Shown: positions 1-9,368 of the stretch, piece by piece
Numbering within the stretch: the stretch's first letter is position 1
How the letters are laid out: each line of letters starts with the position of its first letter
Virus record (IMG/VR): IMGVR_UViG_3300050821_001198
Location: 64,249 to 128,248 of that record
Source: a virus
Strand: one strand, 5' to 3'
Length of the DNA: 64,000 nucleotides
Position numbers and translations under genes: made by a program
The notes under the pieces: generated by a model
Seen by the model: only the letters and a program-made list of their open reading frames with translations
What the model was told of the DNA's origin: nothing
Databases searched by the model: none

Positions 1-55
1 TAACACAGCATTTTCACTGTGTCAAACGCACCGATAACGGGCGAAAGGAAATTTC

Positions 56-295
56 ATGCTCAAGCAACTCATTCAGGCTGCCCTTGTAGCCATCACTCAG
101 TCCGAGTCCATCGTTGTGGGAGCCTTGCTGTCGGGCCTCGTCCTATTGGCGAAAGACCTCCACATTGTCGTCAATAAGGCGTCCCTAGCGGTCATTCTGA
201 CACCGCTTATCACCGCCATCATTGTCGAACTTGACAAGCAGGCTGGTGTCAGTGTCTCCGCCAGACGAGCCTCGAAGGGCTCTCTAGACCAGTAA
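56..295 (+). CDS. small membrane protein, holin-like
   Basis: 79 aa with two hydrophobic segments (IVVGALLSGLVLLA; ASLAVILTPLITAIIV) and a basic C-tail; GAAAGGA RBS upstream. Confidence 0.5.
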   Translation: MLKQLIQAALVAITQSESIVVGALLSGLVLLAKDLHIVVNKASLAVILTPLITAIIVELDKQAGVSVSARRASKGSLDQ

Positions 296-301
296 TTCAC
301 A

Positions 302-330
302 GGAGTCTCGGGACTATTCTCGGGGCTCTT
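302..330 (+). terminator. stem-loop, putative intrinsic terminator
   Basis: GAGTCTCGGGA-ctat-TCTCGGGGCTC hairpin with GU pairs directly after the stop at 295. Confidence 0.45.
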
Positions 331-357
331 GCGCTTTCATGATATCGGTGGTAAGGT
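329..357 (+). promoter_or_regulatory. sigma-70/sigmaA-type promoter, leaderless transcript
   Basis: TTGCGC-N17-TAAGGT, then 6 nt to the GTG start at 364. Confidence 0.6.
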
Positions 358-363
358 TTCACC

Positions 364-672
364 GTGGATTTGAAAGTCAAACAGGTATGTCGTTCCTCCG
401 AGGGCTGGCAGGCTGTCAAGGTCGAATCGTCTAGTGACCCTGATGTCACTTACGTAGTGCTCGTGAATCCGTGGGGCGACCCACAGGAGAACATCTGCGA
501 CTGCAAGGGCTATCAGTATCGTGGCCACTGCTCTCATCAGACGAAGGCCGAGGAAAAGAACTGTGCGTGGAGCGCAAACGACTATCTAGCAGAGACCCAG
601 ACCCCGGAAGAAGAGCGTCTACAGCGCTGCCCCAAGTGCGGCGGCCCAACCAAATTGGAGTTGACCCTATGA
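364..672 (+). CDS. SWIM zinc-finger protein
   Basis: CDCKGYQYRGHCSH (CxC-x8-CxH) plus C-terminal CPKCG knuckle. Confidence 0.75.
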   Translation: MDLKVKQVCRSSEGWQAVKVESSSDPDVTYVVLVNPWGDPQENICDCKGYQYRGHCSHQTKAEEKNCAWSANDYLAETQTPEEERLQRCPKCGGPTKLELTL

Positions 673-932
673 CCCCGCAGACAATGCTCAAGCCAGAGGC
701 TTACTTCCTCGATGGCGTTGTCGTAGCTCCCGTTGAAGCACTAATGGTGGGCGATCTTGTTAGGTTCGACCCGCGCGACACCGACTACCCGGTGGACTTC
801 GTATTGGGAATTTCCCTGCGTAAAGGCACCTTTTACATGCCCTCGGTTGTCACAGTGACACATGAGACCGGATCATGGTCGAAGGTGGTCGGGGAGCCCG
901 TAGGGATCGCCGGACGGGACCTATATGTCTGA
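669..932 (+). CDS. hypothetical protein
   Basis: ATGA overlap with the upstream stop; ORF-track 471..932 trimmed to ATG 669. Confidence 0.6.
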   Translation: MTPQTMLKPEAYFLDGVVVAPVEALMVGDLVRFDPRDTDYPVDFVLGISLRKGTFYMPSVVTVTHETGSWSKVVGEPVGIAGRDLYV

Positions 933-1521
933 GGTTGACGAGCTTCTCTTCATCACGACACAGCTAGGTGAATCCTACTTCGCCTGGAAGGAGGAAGAGA
1001 AGAACAAGGAGGCCGACCGTAAGGCGTTCTTCGAGCTAGCCATCGCGGCGAACAAGGACGCCACCATGCGTACCAAGGTGGTTGAGATCAAGCTGGTCGG
1101 GTTCGCTCAGGACATCGATACTGCCACTGCTCGTGCGGAGCAGAAGCACCCTCGATTCATCGTCAAGGGAGTCCAGGAGACCTCGGCAGACGAAACATCT
1201 ACAACCTACAAGGCTGTTCTCGAAGAAGATCCTCAATGGCTTGACTTCACCTACATCAACAAACGCGACGGGAATGTGTACTGCCGCAAAGTCGAAGACG
1301 GTAAGATGCACGTTGACGGGGACCGCATGGAGGAAGAGGACCCAGAGCTTTTCAAGAGCGTCACTATGGAGACATGGGGTGGCGAGCATATCGTGATGCC
1401 GTTCCAGTTCATGGATGACGCCACGCTGAATCGGGTTCAGCCCTACATCTATCAGGGTAAGCCGGTGGCGAAATTGTCACCCGTGCGAGCCGCTAAGCCA
1501 GAAGAACTAGAGGAAGCATGA
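925..1521 (+). CDS. hypothetical phage protein
   Basis: 198 aa, overlapping both neighbours, phage-like codon use. Confidence 0.7.
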   Translation: MSEVDELLFITTQLGESYFAWKEEEKNKEADRKAFFELAIAANKDATMRTKVVEIKLVGFAQDIDTATARAEQKHPRFIVKGVQETSADETSTTYKAVLEEDPQWLDFTYINKRDGNVYCRKVEDGKMHVDGDRMEEEDPELFKSVTMETWGGEHIVMPFQFMDDATLNRVQPYIYQGKPVAKLSPVRAAKPEELEEA

Positions 1522-1754
1522 CATCTCCCGCTCGTAGACTGAAGCGCCGACAGGGGAGGGATACCACTTACCGGCTCAAGAAGCTCGCCATGGTGCTCCC
1601 GAACTTCAACATCGTCCCTGACGCGCCCGTAGAGCCGGAAGTGCTCAAGCGGAGCGCGGGCGACTACACACCCCTTCCGAATAAGCGCAAGCAGAAGCGT
1701 AGGGCTGTCAGGGCCGCTCGCCGTGCCAGTAGAGGGTCCGTCCGTGGCTCCTAA
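1518..1754 (+). CDS. small highly basic protein
   Basis: ATGA overlap; Arg/Lys-rich termini. Confidence 0.55.
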   Translation: MTSPARRLKRRQGRDTTYRLKKLAMVLPNFNIVPDAPVEPEVLKRSAGDYTPLPNKRKQKRRAVRAARRASRGSVRGS

Positions 1755-2319
1755 TCGGATAACCCTAGTAGGAGCCCCCGGCGCTGGCAAGTCAGACCTG
1801 GCGAATGCTCTCTTTCCGCATCTAGTGGAGCGAGGGATGAACCCTCTCCGGATCATCGACCACGTTCATGTGGATGTAGAGGAACGGTACGATCTGGCCG
1901 TTGGGATGGCCGGTGGTTACATCGCTGACATTGCTGTCGCCCTAGAAAGAATCGGCCAGGAGCGGGCATATATCGCCCAGGGCATTGAGCATTTCATTGT
2001 ATGTGGATCGCTTGCTGAGAACGCGATTCACACGGCGATCAACGCCGAGATCTCAGCCGACCAGTTCTCATACGGTGTGGCCCAGGTAGTGACCCCCTTG
2101 TACCCGCTCATCCGAATGTCCATGGGGATTCACCCTACCTATCTGGTACCGTATCTAGACGACGAGATCCAATTCAACCGCGCCGTGGCGAGCCAAATGG
2201 CGCTAGGTCTAGAAGCTCTAGACATGGCCTACAAGGAACTTCCGGTGGGCCTCGACAACCAGGTGGAGTACATTATTGATGACCTTTTCGCAGACCAAGA
2301 CGCTCAAACTCCCAACTAA
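1723..2319 (+). CDS. P-loop nucleotide kinase-like protein
   Basis: N-terminal ITLVGAPGAGKS Walker A; size fits the NMP-kinase/AAA_28 class. Confidence 0.6.
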   Translation: MPVEGPSVAPNRITLVGAPGAGKSDLANALFPHLVERGMNPLRIIDHVHVDVEERYDLAVGMAGGYIADIAVALERIGQERAYIAQGIEHFIVCGSLAENAIHTAINAEISADQFSYGVAQVVTPLYPLIRMSMGIHPTYLVPYLDDEIQFNRAVASQMALGLEALDMAYKELPVGLDNQVEYIIDDLFADQDAQTPN

Positions 2320-3154
2320 GGAGGGTATCCTTACCCTCCCGATCCTGACAGACGCCGAGTTTGATTGGGTCGAGCGAAACGCGGCCAAGCGTCTTGATCG
2401 TTGCCCTACATGTGACGGTAAGCGACTAGACGGAAGTGAGGCAGGGAAGATCCAAGCCTCGGATAATCACTACGGAGAGGTCAATGGTCAGTATCGCTAC
2501 CTTGACCAGATTCACGAGTGCGACTGTCAGGCACAGATGGCTCTCTACCGCCACTACACGGCCGCCGGAATCGGGGAGCAATACATGCGCCTCGACTGGA
2601 CCGAGGACTACCACGGAGACACAGAGGCTAAGCGCTTCATCGACACCTACTGCGAGAAGTGGAAGAACGCTCGTCAAAACGGCATGGGGGTGACACTCTG
2701 GTCGGCCGAGGTTGGGACGGGCAAGACATTCGGGGCCACTCATATAGCCAAGTACCTAATCAAGCGTGGTCAGCGGGTTCGGCTAATTCACTTCGATGAC
2801 ATCGTGACCACGGCCATCGATGGGACCGTTGAAGAGATGGACGCCCTCCAGCGCATCCCGTTTCTGATCTTGGATGAGGTTTGGTATAACCCTCGCCAGA
2901 GTGAGGCACAGAAGGCCCTCTTTGGGGAACACTTCGAGCGTTTGATCCGGTACCGAACCAACCGGAACGTACCGACAATCCTCACTACCAACTTCTCCCC
3001 GGAGCAGCTAGGCAAGCACTGGCCTCGCATCAATTCGCTCCTTGCAGCCAAGCAATTCGTGATCGAATTCCATGGCCAGGACTACCGTCTCGGCCAGTCA
3101 GTGATCGACAACAAAGAACTGTTCATGAACGACGAGGTAAGGCCCATCATATGA
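2276..3154 (+). CDS. DnaC/IstB-like helicase loader ATPase
   Basis: CPTC...CDC Zn motif, Walker A VGTGKT, Walker B LILDEV, TILTTN and GQDYR sensor motifs; start uncertain. Confidence 0.85.
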   Translation: MMTFSQTKTLKLPTKEGILTLPILTDAEFDWVERNAAKRLDRCPTCDGKRLDGSEAGKIQASDNHYGEVNGQYRYLDQIHECDCQAQMALYRHYTAAGIGEQYMRLDWTEDYHGDTEAKRFIDTYCEKWKNARQNGMGVTLWSAEVGTGKTFGATHIAKYLIKRGQRVRLIHFDDIVTTAIDGTVEEMDALQRIPFLILDEVWYNPRQSEAQKALFGEHFERLIRYRTNRNVPTILTTNFSPEQLGKHWPRINSLLAAKQFVIEFHGQDYRLGQSVIDNKELFMNDEVRPII

Positions 3155-3522
3155 GCTTCGTAGACCCCAAAGACGAGCATCCAGACATCAAGAAGATCGA
3201 CATTGCCGAGTTCCGCGAGAAGGGTTACCTTCACGAGTTGAATCGGCGCTTTCTCCACCCGCTAGGGCTCGCCCTGGCAATCGACGTGGACTCCAACGGT
3301 AAGGAGACGCTCGCCTACATCTGGGACTACCGGGAGGACCCGGAGGGGATTTACTACGACGAGGATCTCCTTGACCCCGAAAAGACTGAGCATATCGAAC
3401 AGATCTGGGATGCGCGTATGGCCGCTCGGATCGCAGCGCTTGGATACATGGTTCAGCCAGTGTGGACGGTCGGGTGCGGGTGCGCCAAGTGCGAGAAATG
3501 GGTCTGTGAGTGCGATGGTTGA
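3151..3522 (+). CDS. hypothetical phage protein
   Basis: ATGA overlap; GYLHELNRRFLHPLGLAL motif; Cys-rich tail. Confidence 0.7.
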   Translation: MSFVDPKDEHPDIKKIDIAEFREKGYLHELNRRFLHPLGLALAIDVDSNGKETLAYIWDYREDPEGIYYDEDLLDPEKTEHIEQIWDARMAARIAALGYMVQPVWTVGCGCAKCEKWVCECDG

Positions 3523-3751
3523 AGACCAGGACCCCAACCGTCGCAAGGCGGAGCAGTTTCACGCCGATCTCACCGAGGCACTGAGTTGTGTAGTTGACTA
3601 TCAGCGCACACTTGCTACTGTGCTGAGAGCGTCGGACCCACATAGGCCGCGTACTAACCCTCTGATGACGAAATACGGAGTTCCACTTGAGCCCCACCCT
3701 TACAACAACTGGCCCGGAGCAAATGGAAACGTCAGACTCATCAACGCTTGA
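3515..3751 (+). CDS. hypothetical protein
   Basis: ATG at 3515 fills the gap before dnaB. Confidence 0.4.
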   Translation: MVEDQDPNRRKAEQFHADLTEALSCVVDYQRTLATVLRASDPHRPRTNPLMTKYGVPLEPHPYNNWPGANGNVRLINA

Positions 3752-6005
3752 GGGTCCGCTATCGCTAGACCTCGATGATGAGATCATCTTCCATCTTGCG
3801 ATTCCTGAGTCGGTTGATGAGATGCGGAAGGAACAGATCGGCACTAAGCTGATCTATGACAAGTTCACCCGCACCGTCTACGACTGGCAGATGCAGCATG
3901 TCAGGGATCATGGCAAGCCCGCGACTGCTCTCGTACTCGAAGACGAGTTCGACGGCTCTCAGGAGGATCTACCGGCTCTACAGATCCTCAGACCCGAGAC
4001 GGCCATTGGAGACCTGATCACGAGACTCCGTGAGCGCCATGTACGCAACGAAGGTAAGGCGTCCGCCAAGCGGATCTCCAACACGGTCGTAGAGGCCCCT
4101 CTAGAGGTTGCACGGGTCATGGTGAGCGAGGGCAAGCGCCTAGGTGAACTGATCGCTCGGCGCGGGGAGCGGTTTGGCTCAGGAGACTTCACACGAGCCC
4201 TGAACATCTACGAGAAGGACAAGCTCGCCGGGGCGGGACCATCACTTGGATACGCGGAGCTTGACGAGCACTTTTACGGCATGAAGGGGCTCACATTCCT
4301 AGTCGGCGCTCCTAAGACCTACAAGGCTCTGGCTCTTGATACCCCTATCCCGACACCGACAGGGTGGACTCTAATGGGAGATCTTAGAGTCGGAGATTCT
4401 GTATTTGATGAAACCGGGAATGTATGTCGGGTTACTGCCCAAACAGAAGTATTCACTGGACGACCGTGTTACAGAGTCGAGTTTTCGGATGGGACCCATG
4501 TCATCGCGGACAAGGATCACGAATGGGTGACTTTTCAGAAATCGAAAAGGGGTCGGTCTTCTATTTCTACAACCGAAGAGATTATTCAGACTCTTCGGAG
4601 ACCCGATATAGGATCGAACCACTCGATTCCTGTATCGGGGGCGATTACATGTTCCGAATCACAGTTCAAGGTTTCTCCCTACGTACTAGGAGCCTGGTTA
4701 GGAGATGGAACATCAGAAGATGGAGCGATCACCACCGGCGACCCCGACATTCTCTGTGAAATCATGGATCACTTTCAAATCCGAAAATGGAAGTCTGCGA
4801 AACTCACCTATGGAGTACTAGGGCTAAGAGTGCGCTTGCGTGAGCTTGGGGTACTTGGAAACAAGCATATACCCACCGCATATCTGAGAGGCAATTACTC
4901 TCAGCGTCTAGAACTTTTACAGGGTCTAATGGATACTGACGGGTCATGCACCGGCAAGGGAGAGTGTGTCTTTGTGACCACGAAGCCCGCCCTCCGAGAC
5001 GGGATTCTTGAGTTGGTTAGGTCGCTTGGATTCAAACCTGTGGCTAATGAGTATCGGGCCACTCTCTACGGTGAAGACTGTGGACCTAAGTGGCATGTGC
5101 GATTCAAGGCATATTCGGATACTCCAGTCTTCCGACTTCAGCGGAAGCTTCAAAACCAGGATGATCCGCCAAACAGGCAAACCAGATCTCAGACACGGCA
5201 GATTACAAACGTAGTGAGCGTCCCAAGTACTCCGGTCAAATGTATTGAGGTTGACTCGCTTAGCCACCTGTATCTAGCTGGTGAGGGAATGATCCCAACT
5301 CACAATAGCTGGATCACCACTAACGCCCTTATCCAGAACGTACTCCAGGGGCGTCACTGTTGGCTCTACTCGCTGGAGCTACCGGCGGTTGAGGCATACT
5401 GGCGTGTCATGTGTATGGCGGCCAACGTGCCGTACTGGAAGTACCTAAAGTCAGTGCTTATGCCAGCGGAGCTTGACCATCTCCACGCCATCGAGGGTGA
5501 ACTGATGGAGATGGGCACGTTCAGCACAGAGAAGCCTCCGGTGGGCGAACGCTCGGTCGAAGCTATGACCGAGAAGGCCGCGTCAGGCGGTGCCGATGTC
5601 ATCTTCATCGATCAGCTTCAGTATTGTGAGACGCAGGCGGGACGGTCTATCGGGTCACTCAACAACACGGGTGACTATTGGGAGGTCTGTGATGATTTCC
5701 GGGACTTCTCCGACAAGGTGCCACTCTGGATCGTTCACCAGTTCAACCGTTCCGTCATGAACAACAAGGACGGCATGCCCGAGGCTCAGCAGGGGAAGGG
5801 TTCGAGCGCCATTGAAGAAACAGCCACTCTGGAGCTTGGTCTTTGGGCTAACAAAGAGCTACGAGCCTCGAATGTGCTCCAGGTGGGCACTCTGGCGTCC
5901 CGTAACTATGACCACCTAGAGTGGCATCTGGATGTGAACCTGAGCAATGGGTGCTCGTTTGATATGCGCGGGGTAGTGGACGACGAAGAGGACGAAGATG
6001 ATTGA
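3687..6005 (+). CDS. dnaB: replicative DnaB-like helicase containing an intein
   Basis: P-loop GAPKTYK/S split by the intein; YSLEL, IFIDQLQ, HQFNR and SSAIEE DnaB motifs; ATG 3723 is an alternative start. Confidence 0.9.
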   Translation: MSPTLTTTGPEQMETSDSSTLEGPLSLDLDDEIIFHLAIPESVDEMRKEQIGTKLIYDKFTRTVYDWQMQHVRDHGKPATALVLEDEFDGSQEDLPALQILRPETAIGDLITRLRERHVRNEGKASAKRISNTVVEAPLEVARVMVSEGKRLGELIARRGERFGSGDFTRALNIYEKDKLAGAGPSLGYAELDEHFYGMKGLTFLVGAPKTYKALALDTPIPTPTGWTLMGDLRVGDSVFDETGNVCRVTAQTEVFTGRPCYRVEFSDGTHVIADKDHEWVTFQKSKRGRSSISTTEEIIQTLRRPDIGSNHSIPVSGAITCSESQFKVSPYVLGAWLGDGTSEDGAITTGDPDILCEIMDHFQIRKWKSAKLTYGVLGLRVRLRELGVLGNKHIPTAYLRGNYSQRLELLQGLMDTDGSCTGKGECVFVTTKPALRDGILELVRSLGFKPVANEYRATLYGEDCGPKWHVRFKAYSDTPVFRLQRKLQNQDDPPNRQTRSQTRQITNVVSVPSTPVKCIEVDSLSHLYLAGEGMIPTHNSWITTNALIQNVLQGRHCWLYSLELPAVEAYWRVMCMAANVPYWKYLKSVLMPAELDHLHAIEGELMEMGTFSTEKPPVGERSVEAMTEKAASGGADVIFIDQLQYCETQAGRSIGSLNNTGDYWEVCDDFRDFSDKVPLWIVHQFNRSVMNNKDGMPEAQQGKGSSAIEETATLELGLWANKELRASNVLQVGTLASRNYDHLEWHLDVNLSNGCSFDMRGVVDDEEDEDD
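4326..5306 (+). mobile_element. class 3 (Ala1, WCT) intein with LAGLIDADG homing endonuclease, 327 aa
   Basis: Starts ALALDTPIPTPTGW and ends IPTHN/S; block B DHEW, block F VKCIEV, block G THN; EN motifs LGAWLGDG and LQGLMDTDG; visibly AT-richer than the flanks. Confidence 0.92.
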
Positions 6006-7029
6006 GTATGAGGACTTCGTTCACGACATCGACTACGAGCGGCTATACGACGCCCTAGACTTTGAGCCGCTTCGTCAGGACGGCGACGACAACGACATCG
6101 GTCAGTGCTTCGATCTACTAGGGCTCCACAAGAATGGAGATCGCACCGGGAAGTTCGTCTTCTACCGGGAAAGCGGGTTGGTGAGTTGTTACGTATGCGG
6201 GAGTTGCACCTTGCTCTCGTTCGTGGAGTCGATGTTCGACTATGACGAAGATCAGGCAACACGCTGGCTATACCAATTCGCTGACGACGTAGAGCAGACA
6301 GACGAGTCGTTCCTGAACGAGATCGATGACATCCTGAAGGATCGGACACCTAAGAAGGTGATTCAGCCCCGCTTCGCCCCACAGATCCTAGACAGGTATC
6401 AGCCCTATAACGAATGGCCTGAGATTGCCGAGGTTTGGGCGGAGAACAAGGGGGTGTCGGCGGAAGTTGCAGACAAGTTCAAGCTGCGGTTCGGGCGCAT
6501 CCGGACGATGACAGACGCTAAAGAGCCCTGGATAGGTGAGGCAATCATCATCCCGCACTTCTGGCGGGACAAGCTCGTGGGGTGGCAGCAGCGGTGGCTC
6601 TCGGACGACCGCCCCGAGGGGGTCGGAAAGTACAAGAGCACAGCAGATATCCCGCGCTATGACACCCTGTTCAACTACGACCGGGCCTGCGGAGAGGATA
6701 TCCCGATCTTCATTGTCGAATCGCCGTCTACCGTACTCTGGCTCGCAAGCTGTGATGTTCCGGCGGTGGCTAGCTTTGGAGCAAAGATCACCCCGGCCCA
6801 AATGCGCCTACTCAGGCGTTTTCAGCAGGGAGTAGTGATCGCTCCCGACAACGATGGACCGGGCAGGAATTTCGCCACTCTGATCAGTGAGTATCTGGAG
6901 CCGTTTGTGCCCGTGTACCAGTGTGATCCGGTTCAAATCAAGGGAATCAACGACGGGTGTGACCTAGGGGATCTGGCTCCTAATATGGACGCACTGAGTC
7001 GTCACCTTGACACAATGTTCCGGGTCTAA
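5998..7029 (+). CDS. DNA primase (Zn-binding + TOPRIM)
   Basis: C..H..CYVC Zn domain; IFIVES and APDNDGPG TOPRIM motifs. Confidence 0.88.
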   Translation: MIEYEDFVHDIDYERLYDALDFEPLRQDGDDNDIGQCFDLLGLHKNGDRTGKFVFYRESGLVSCYVCGSCTLLSFVESMFDYDEDQATRWLYQFADDVEQTDESFLNEIDDILKDRTPKKVIQPRFAPQILDRYQPYNEWPEIAEVWAENKGVSAEVADKFKLRFGRIRTMTDAKEPWIGEAIIIPHFWRDKLVGWQQRWLSDDRPEGVGKYKSTADIPRYDTLFNYDRACGEDIPIFIVESPSTVLWLASCDVPAVASFGAKITPAQMRLLRRFQQGVVIAPDNDGPGRNFATLISEYLEPFVPVYQCDPVQIKGINDGCDLGDLAPNMDALSRHLDTMFRV

Positions 7030-7047
7030 CCGCTCAGATAACCCGCA

Positions 7048-7161
7048 ATGGCGTTCACCAAGTTCCAGAAGGTAGAGACTGTTACACCCCTCAAGCCGAA
7101 AGAGGCTGATGAGGCACGTAAGGTCGCTGCAACAAAGGCACTTGACAAGCCAGTGAAATAA
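7048..7161 (+). CDS. 37-aa small protein (not in ORF track)
   Basis: MAFTKFQKVETVTPLKPKEADEARKVAATKALDKPVK, phage-like codons, ATAA box 6 nt upstream. Confidence 0.55.
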   Translation: MAFTKFQKVETVTPLKPKEADEARKVAATKALDKPVK

Positions 7162-7171
7162 GTGGTACAGT
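7142..7171 (+). promoter_or_regulatory. sigma-70/sigmaA-type promoter upstream of the SSB-like gene
   Basis: TTGACA-N18-TACAGT, followed by hairpins and an AGGAG RBS before ATG 7240. Confidence 0.65.
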
Positions 7172-7239
7172 AACCACGTTGAGTCTACTAGACTCGTGAA
7201 ACAAGCCCTACCAGGGGCTATGAAACCAGGAGTAACACC

Positions 7240-8334
7240 ATGGCTGTAAAGCCAGAAGTGCGGAAGGGCCTTTCCGCCATCAAAGAGGCCGCAGAGCGCA
7301 AGGGCGGCGGAGACTTCAAGCCGTTCTGCCCCGAACTTCGTTGGAGCAGCGGGGAAGAGAAGAACATTCTCGTCCTTACTGACCTCTCGGAGCTTCAGGA
7401 GTACGCGATCCACGAGTGGATCAAGGTTGGTTCTCACACCAACAACGACGGGGAAGTGAAGCCGGATTACGACTTCTTCCTGTCGCGCAAGGACCCCTCC
7501 ATCGGTGAGGCGTACGACGAGATCGAGAGCCGTCTGGGTAGCCAGCCGCGCCTTCGCTTCGTTGGCGTCGGCGTTGAGTTGGTCCCGATTACCGAGGCAG
7601 GCCGTGGTGGAAAGTCCACTATCGTCGGCTGGGAAGTCGCGACCGACACGTACACCGCCAAGGATGAGGACGAGGAAGAGGTCGAGGTTGAGTACCCGTG
7701 TATCGGGATCATCTCACTGTCTAGCTCCAACTTCTGGGGCTGGCTCGGCAACTTCCAGGAGAAGGCAGAGGTCACCGAGACCGTCATGTCAGTTACCCGT
7801 CAGGGCGGCGACAAGGACACTCGTTACGACTTCATCCCTCTCACGGGTCAGGAAGTGGACCTGTCAGCCATTGTGGAGCTAGCTGAGGGTCTTAGCTACA
7901 TCCGCGAGACCGATGACTTCGATGATGTCATGGGCGAGGCTGAGAGCGCAGAGGACCCGGCGGATGGCGCAGCCATCATTGCCGATTACCTTCTCTCGAC
8001 TCGCATCGCGGAGTTGAGCGACGGTGAGCGGTATCACGCCGTTGTTCCGACCATCACTGAGCTTGAGTCCCGCTGGGGCAAGGGCAAAGGTGGCAAGGCA
8101 AAGGGTGGTCGGTCCGCTCGCAAGAGCGAGGACAAGCCGTCACGAGCCACACGGAGCACGGCACGGTCATCCTCACGGTCCAAGAGGTCGGACGCCGAAC
8201 CGGAGGCCGCCGCAGATGATGCGACCCCCGCAGAGGTTGACGCTCCGGAGACGGATTCCGGAGCCGAGTCCGATGGGTTCAAGTCACTCCGTGAGCGTGC
8301 GCGTTCGCGGGCTGCTCGTGCCACTCAGGAGTAA
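7240..8334 (+). CDS. ssDNA-binding protein-like (gp32-type)
   Basis: Position in the replication operon, strong promoter and RBS, VTRQGGDKDTRYDF motif, disordered basic/acidic tail. Confidence 0.6.
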   Translation: MAVKPEVRKGLSAIKEAAERKGGGDFKPFCPELRWSSGEEKNILVLTDLSELQEYAIHEWIKVGSHTNNDGEVKPDYDFFLSRKDPSIGEAYDEIESRLGSQPRLRFVGVGVELVPITEAGRGGKSTIVGWEVATDTYTAKDEDEEEVEVEYPCIGIISLSSSNFWGWLGNFQEKAEVTETVMSVTRQGGDKDTRYDFIPLTGQEVDLSAIVELAEGLSYIRETDDFDDVMGEAESAEDPADGAAIIADYLLSTRIAELSDGERYHAVVPTITELESRWGKGKGGKAKGGRSARKSEDKPSRATRSTARSSSRSKRSDAEPEAAADDATPAEVDAPETDSGAESDGFKSLRERARSRAARATQE

Positions 8335-8591
8335 TGGCCCAACTGACTCCCGAGGCCATCAGGGAAGCCCAGGTTCGGATCAAGACGTTTATGAAGGTCC
8401 ACAAGAGTTCCTCTCACGAGGAACGAACGGAGGCCATCACAATCGTTCTTGATCACCTGGGTCTTTCCCAAGCGCTGAAAGACGAACTACTTGTCACTTT
8501 TGACAAGATCGGCCTGACACCGTATGGTTACGGTCAGGCTATGTATGGCGCGCTTGTCATCCTCTACGCATACGACTCCCTTGAGAACTGA
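8334..8591 (+). CDS. hypothetical protein
   Basis: TAATG overlap. Confidence 0.65.
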   Translation: MAQLTPEAIREAQVRIKTFMKVHKSSSHEERTEAITIVLDHLGLSQALKDELLVTFDKIGLTPYGYGQAMYGALVILYAYDSLEN

Positions 8592-9060
8592 AACAGACAC
8601 TTTCGACCCTAGTCACGGTGTAATCGTCTTCACAGACGGAAGTGCCAGCGTCAAGAACCGTACAGGTGGGTGGGCATGGATAGCCCTCGATAGCGGGGAC
8701 GGACGAATTGATGAGCGGGGCGGCGAGGAAGACACCACCATCGGTCGCATGGAACTTACGGCTGTCGTGATGGCGCTTGAGTCTCTAGCGGAGATGGAGG
8801 GCGTCGAGGACGTGCTGGTCGTAAGTGACTCAGCGTACGTAGTAGACGGGTTCAACGATAAGACCCGCGCACGGAACAAGAATGGTGACCTCTGGGGTTA
8901 CCTGGAAACAGCCGCCGCCACGTTCCGTGTAATCGAGTTTGAGCACATCCATGGCCATCAGAAGGGTGTAGAAGGCTACTGGAACAACTGTGCCGATAAA
9001 GCTGCTGTGGCCGCAAGGAAGGTCATAGTGGACAGTCAAGTCCAACCAAAGAAAGGGTGA
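8524..9060 (+). CDS. rnhA: ribonuclease HI
   Basis: FTDGSA, TIGRMELTA, VSDSAY, HIHGH and NNCADKAA catalytic motifs; true start probably near 8581. Confidence 0.9.
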   Translation: MVTVRLCMARLSSSTHTTPLRTETDTFDPSHGVIVFTDGSASVKNRTGGWAWIALDSGDGRIDERGGEEDTTIGRMELTAVVMALESLAEMEGVEDVLVVSDSAYVVDGFNDKTRARNKNGDLWGYLETAAATFRVIEFEHIHGHQKGVEGYWNNCADKAAVAARKVIVDSQVQPKKG

Positions 9061-9275
9061 TCATGGCTTCTAAGCCGACCACCTACAAGCAGCGAGTGCT
9101 CGCACTCCTGAAGCCGCGCCGCTGGACCTCTTCGTTCGACATTCAGGGTGTCGGCGGGCTCGACGGCCTCCGTCGTGTCCGAGAGCTTCGTGCGGACGGC
9201 TACGAGATCAAGCGGCGTCCCGACGCCACCGATCCGGGCCAGTACGAGTACCGACTGGTCTCGTCTCCCAAGTAG
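9057..9275 (+). CDS. winged helix-turn-helix protein
   Basis: RRVRELRADGYEI...EYRL wHTH pattern. Confidence 0.7.
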   Translation: MIMASKPTTYKQRVLALLKPRRWTSSFDIQGVGGLDGLRRVRELRADGYEIKRRPDATDPGQYEYRLVSSPK

Positions 9276-9280
9276 TACCT

Positions 9281-9298
9281 GAGCCGCCCCGGCGGCTC
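9281..9298 (+). terminator. GC-rich hairpin
   Basis: GAGCCGCC-cc-GGCGGCTC after the stop at 9275; U-tract weak. Confidence 0.4.
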
Positions 9299-9368
9299 CA
9301 ATCTTCTAGTAAGGCTCCCAAATGGGTAAATGGCTTCACCGATTGACCGAGAAGGATATTGACGGGTA

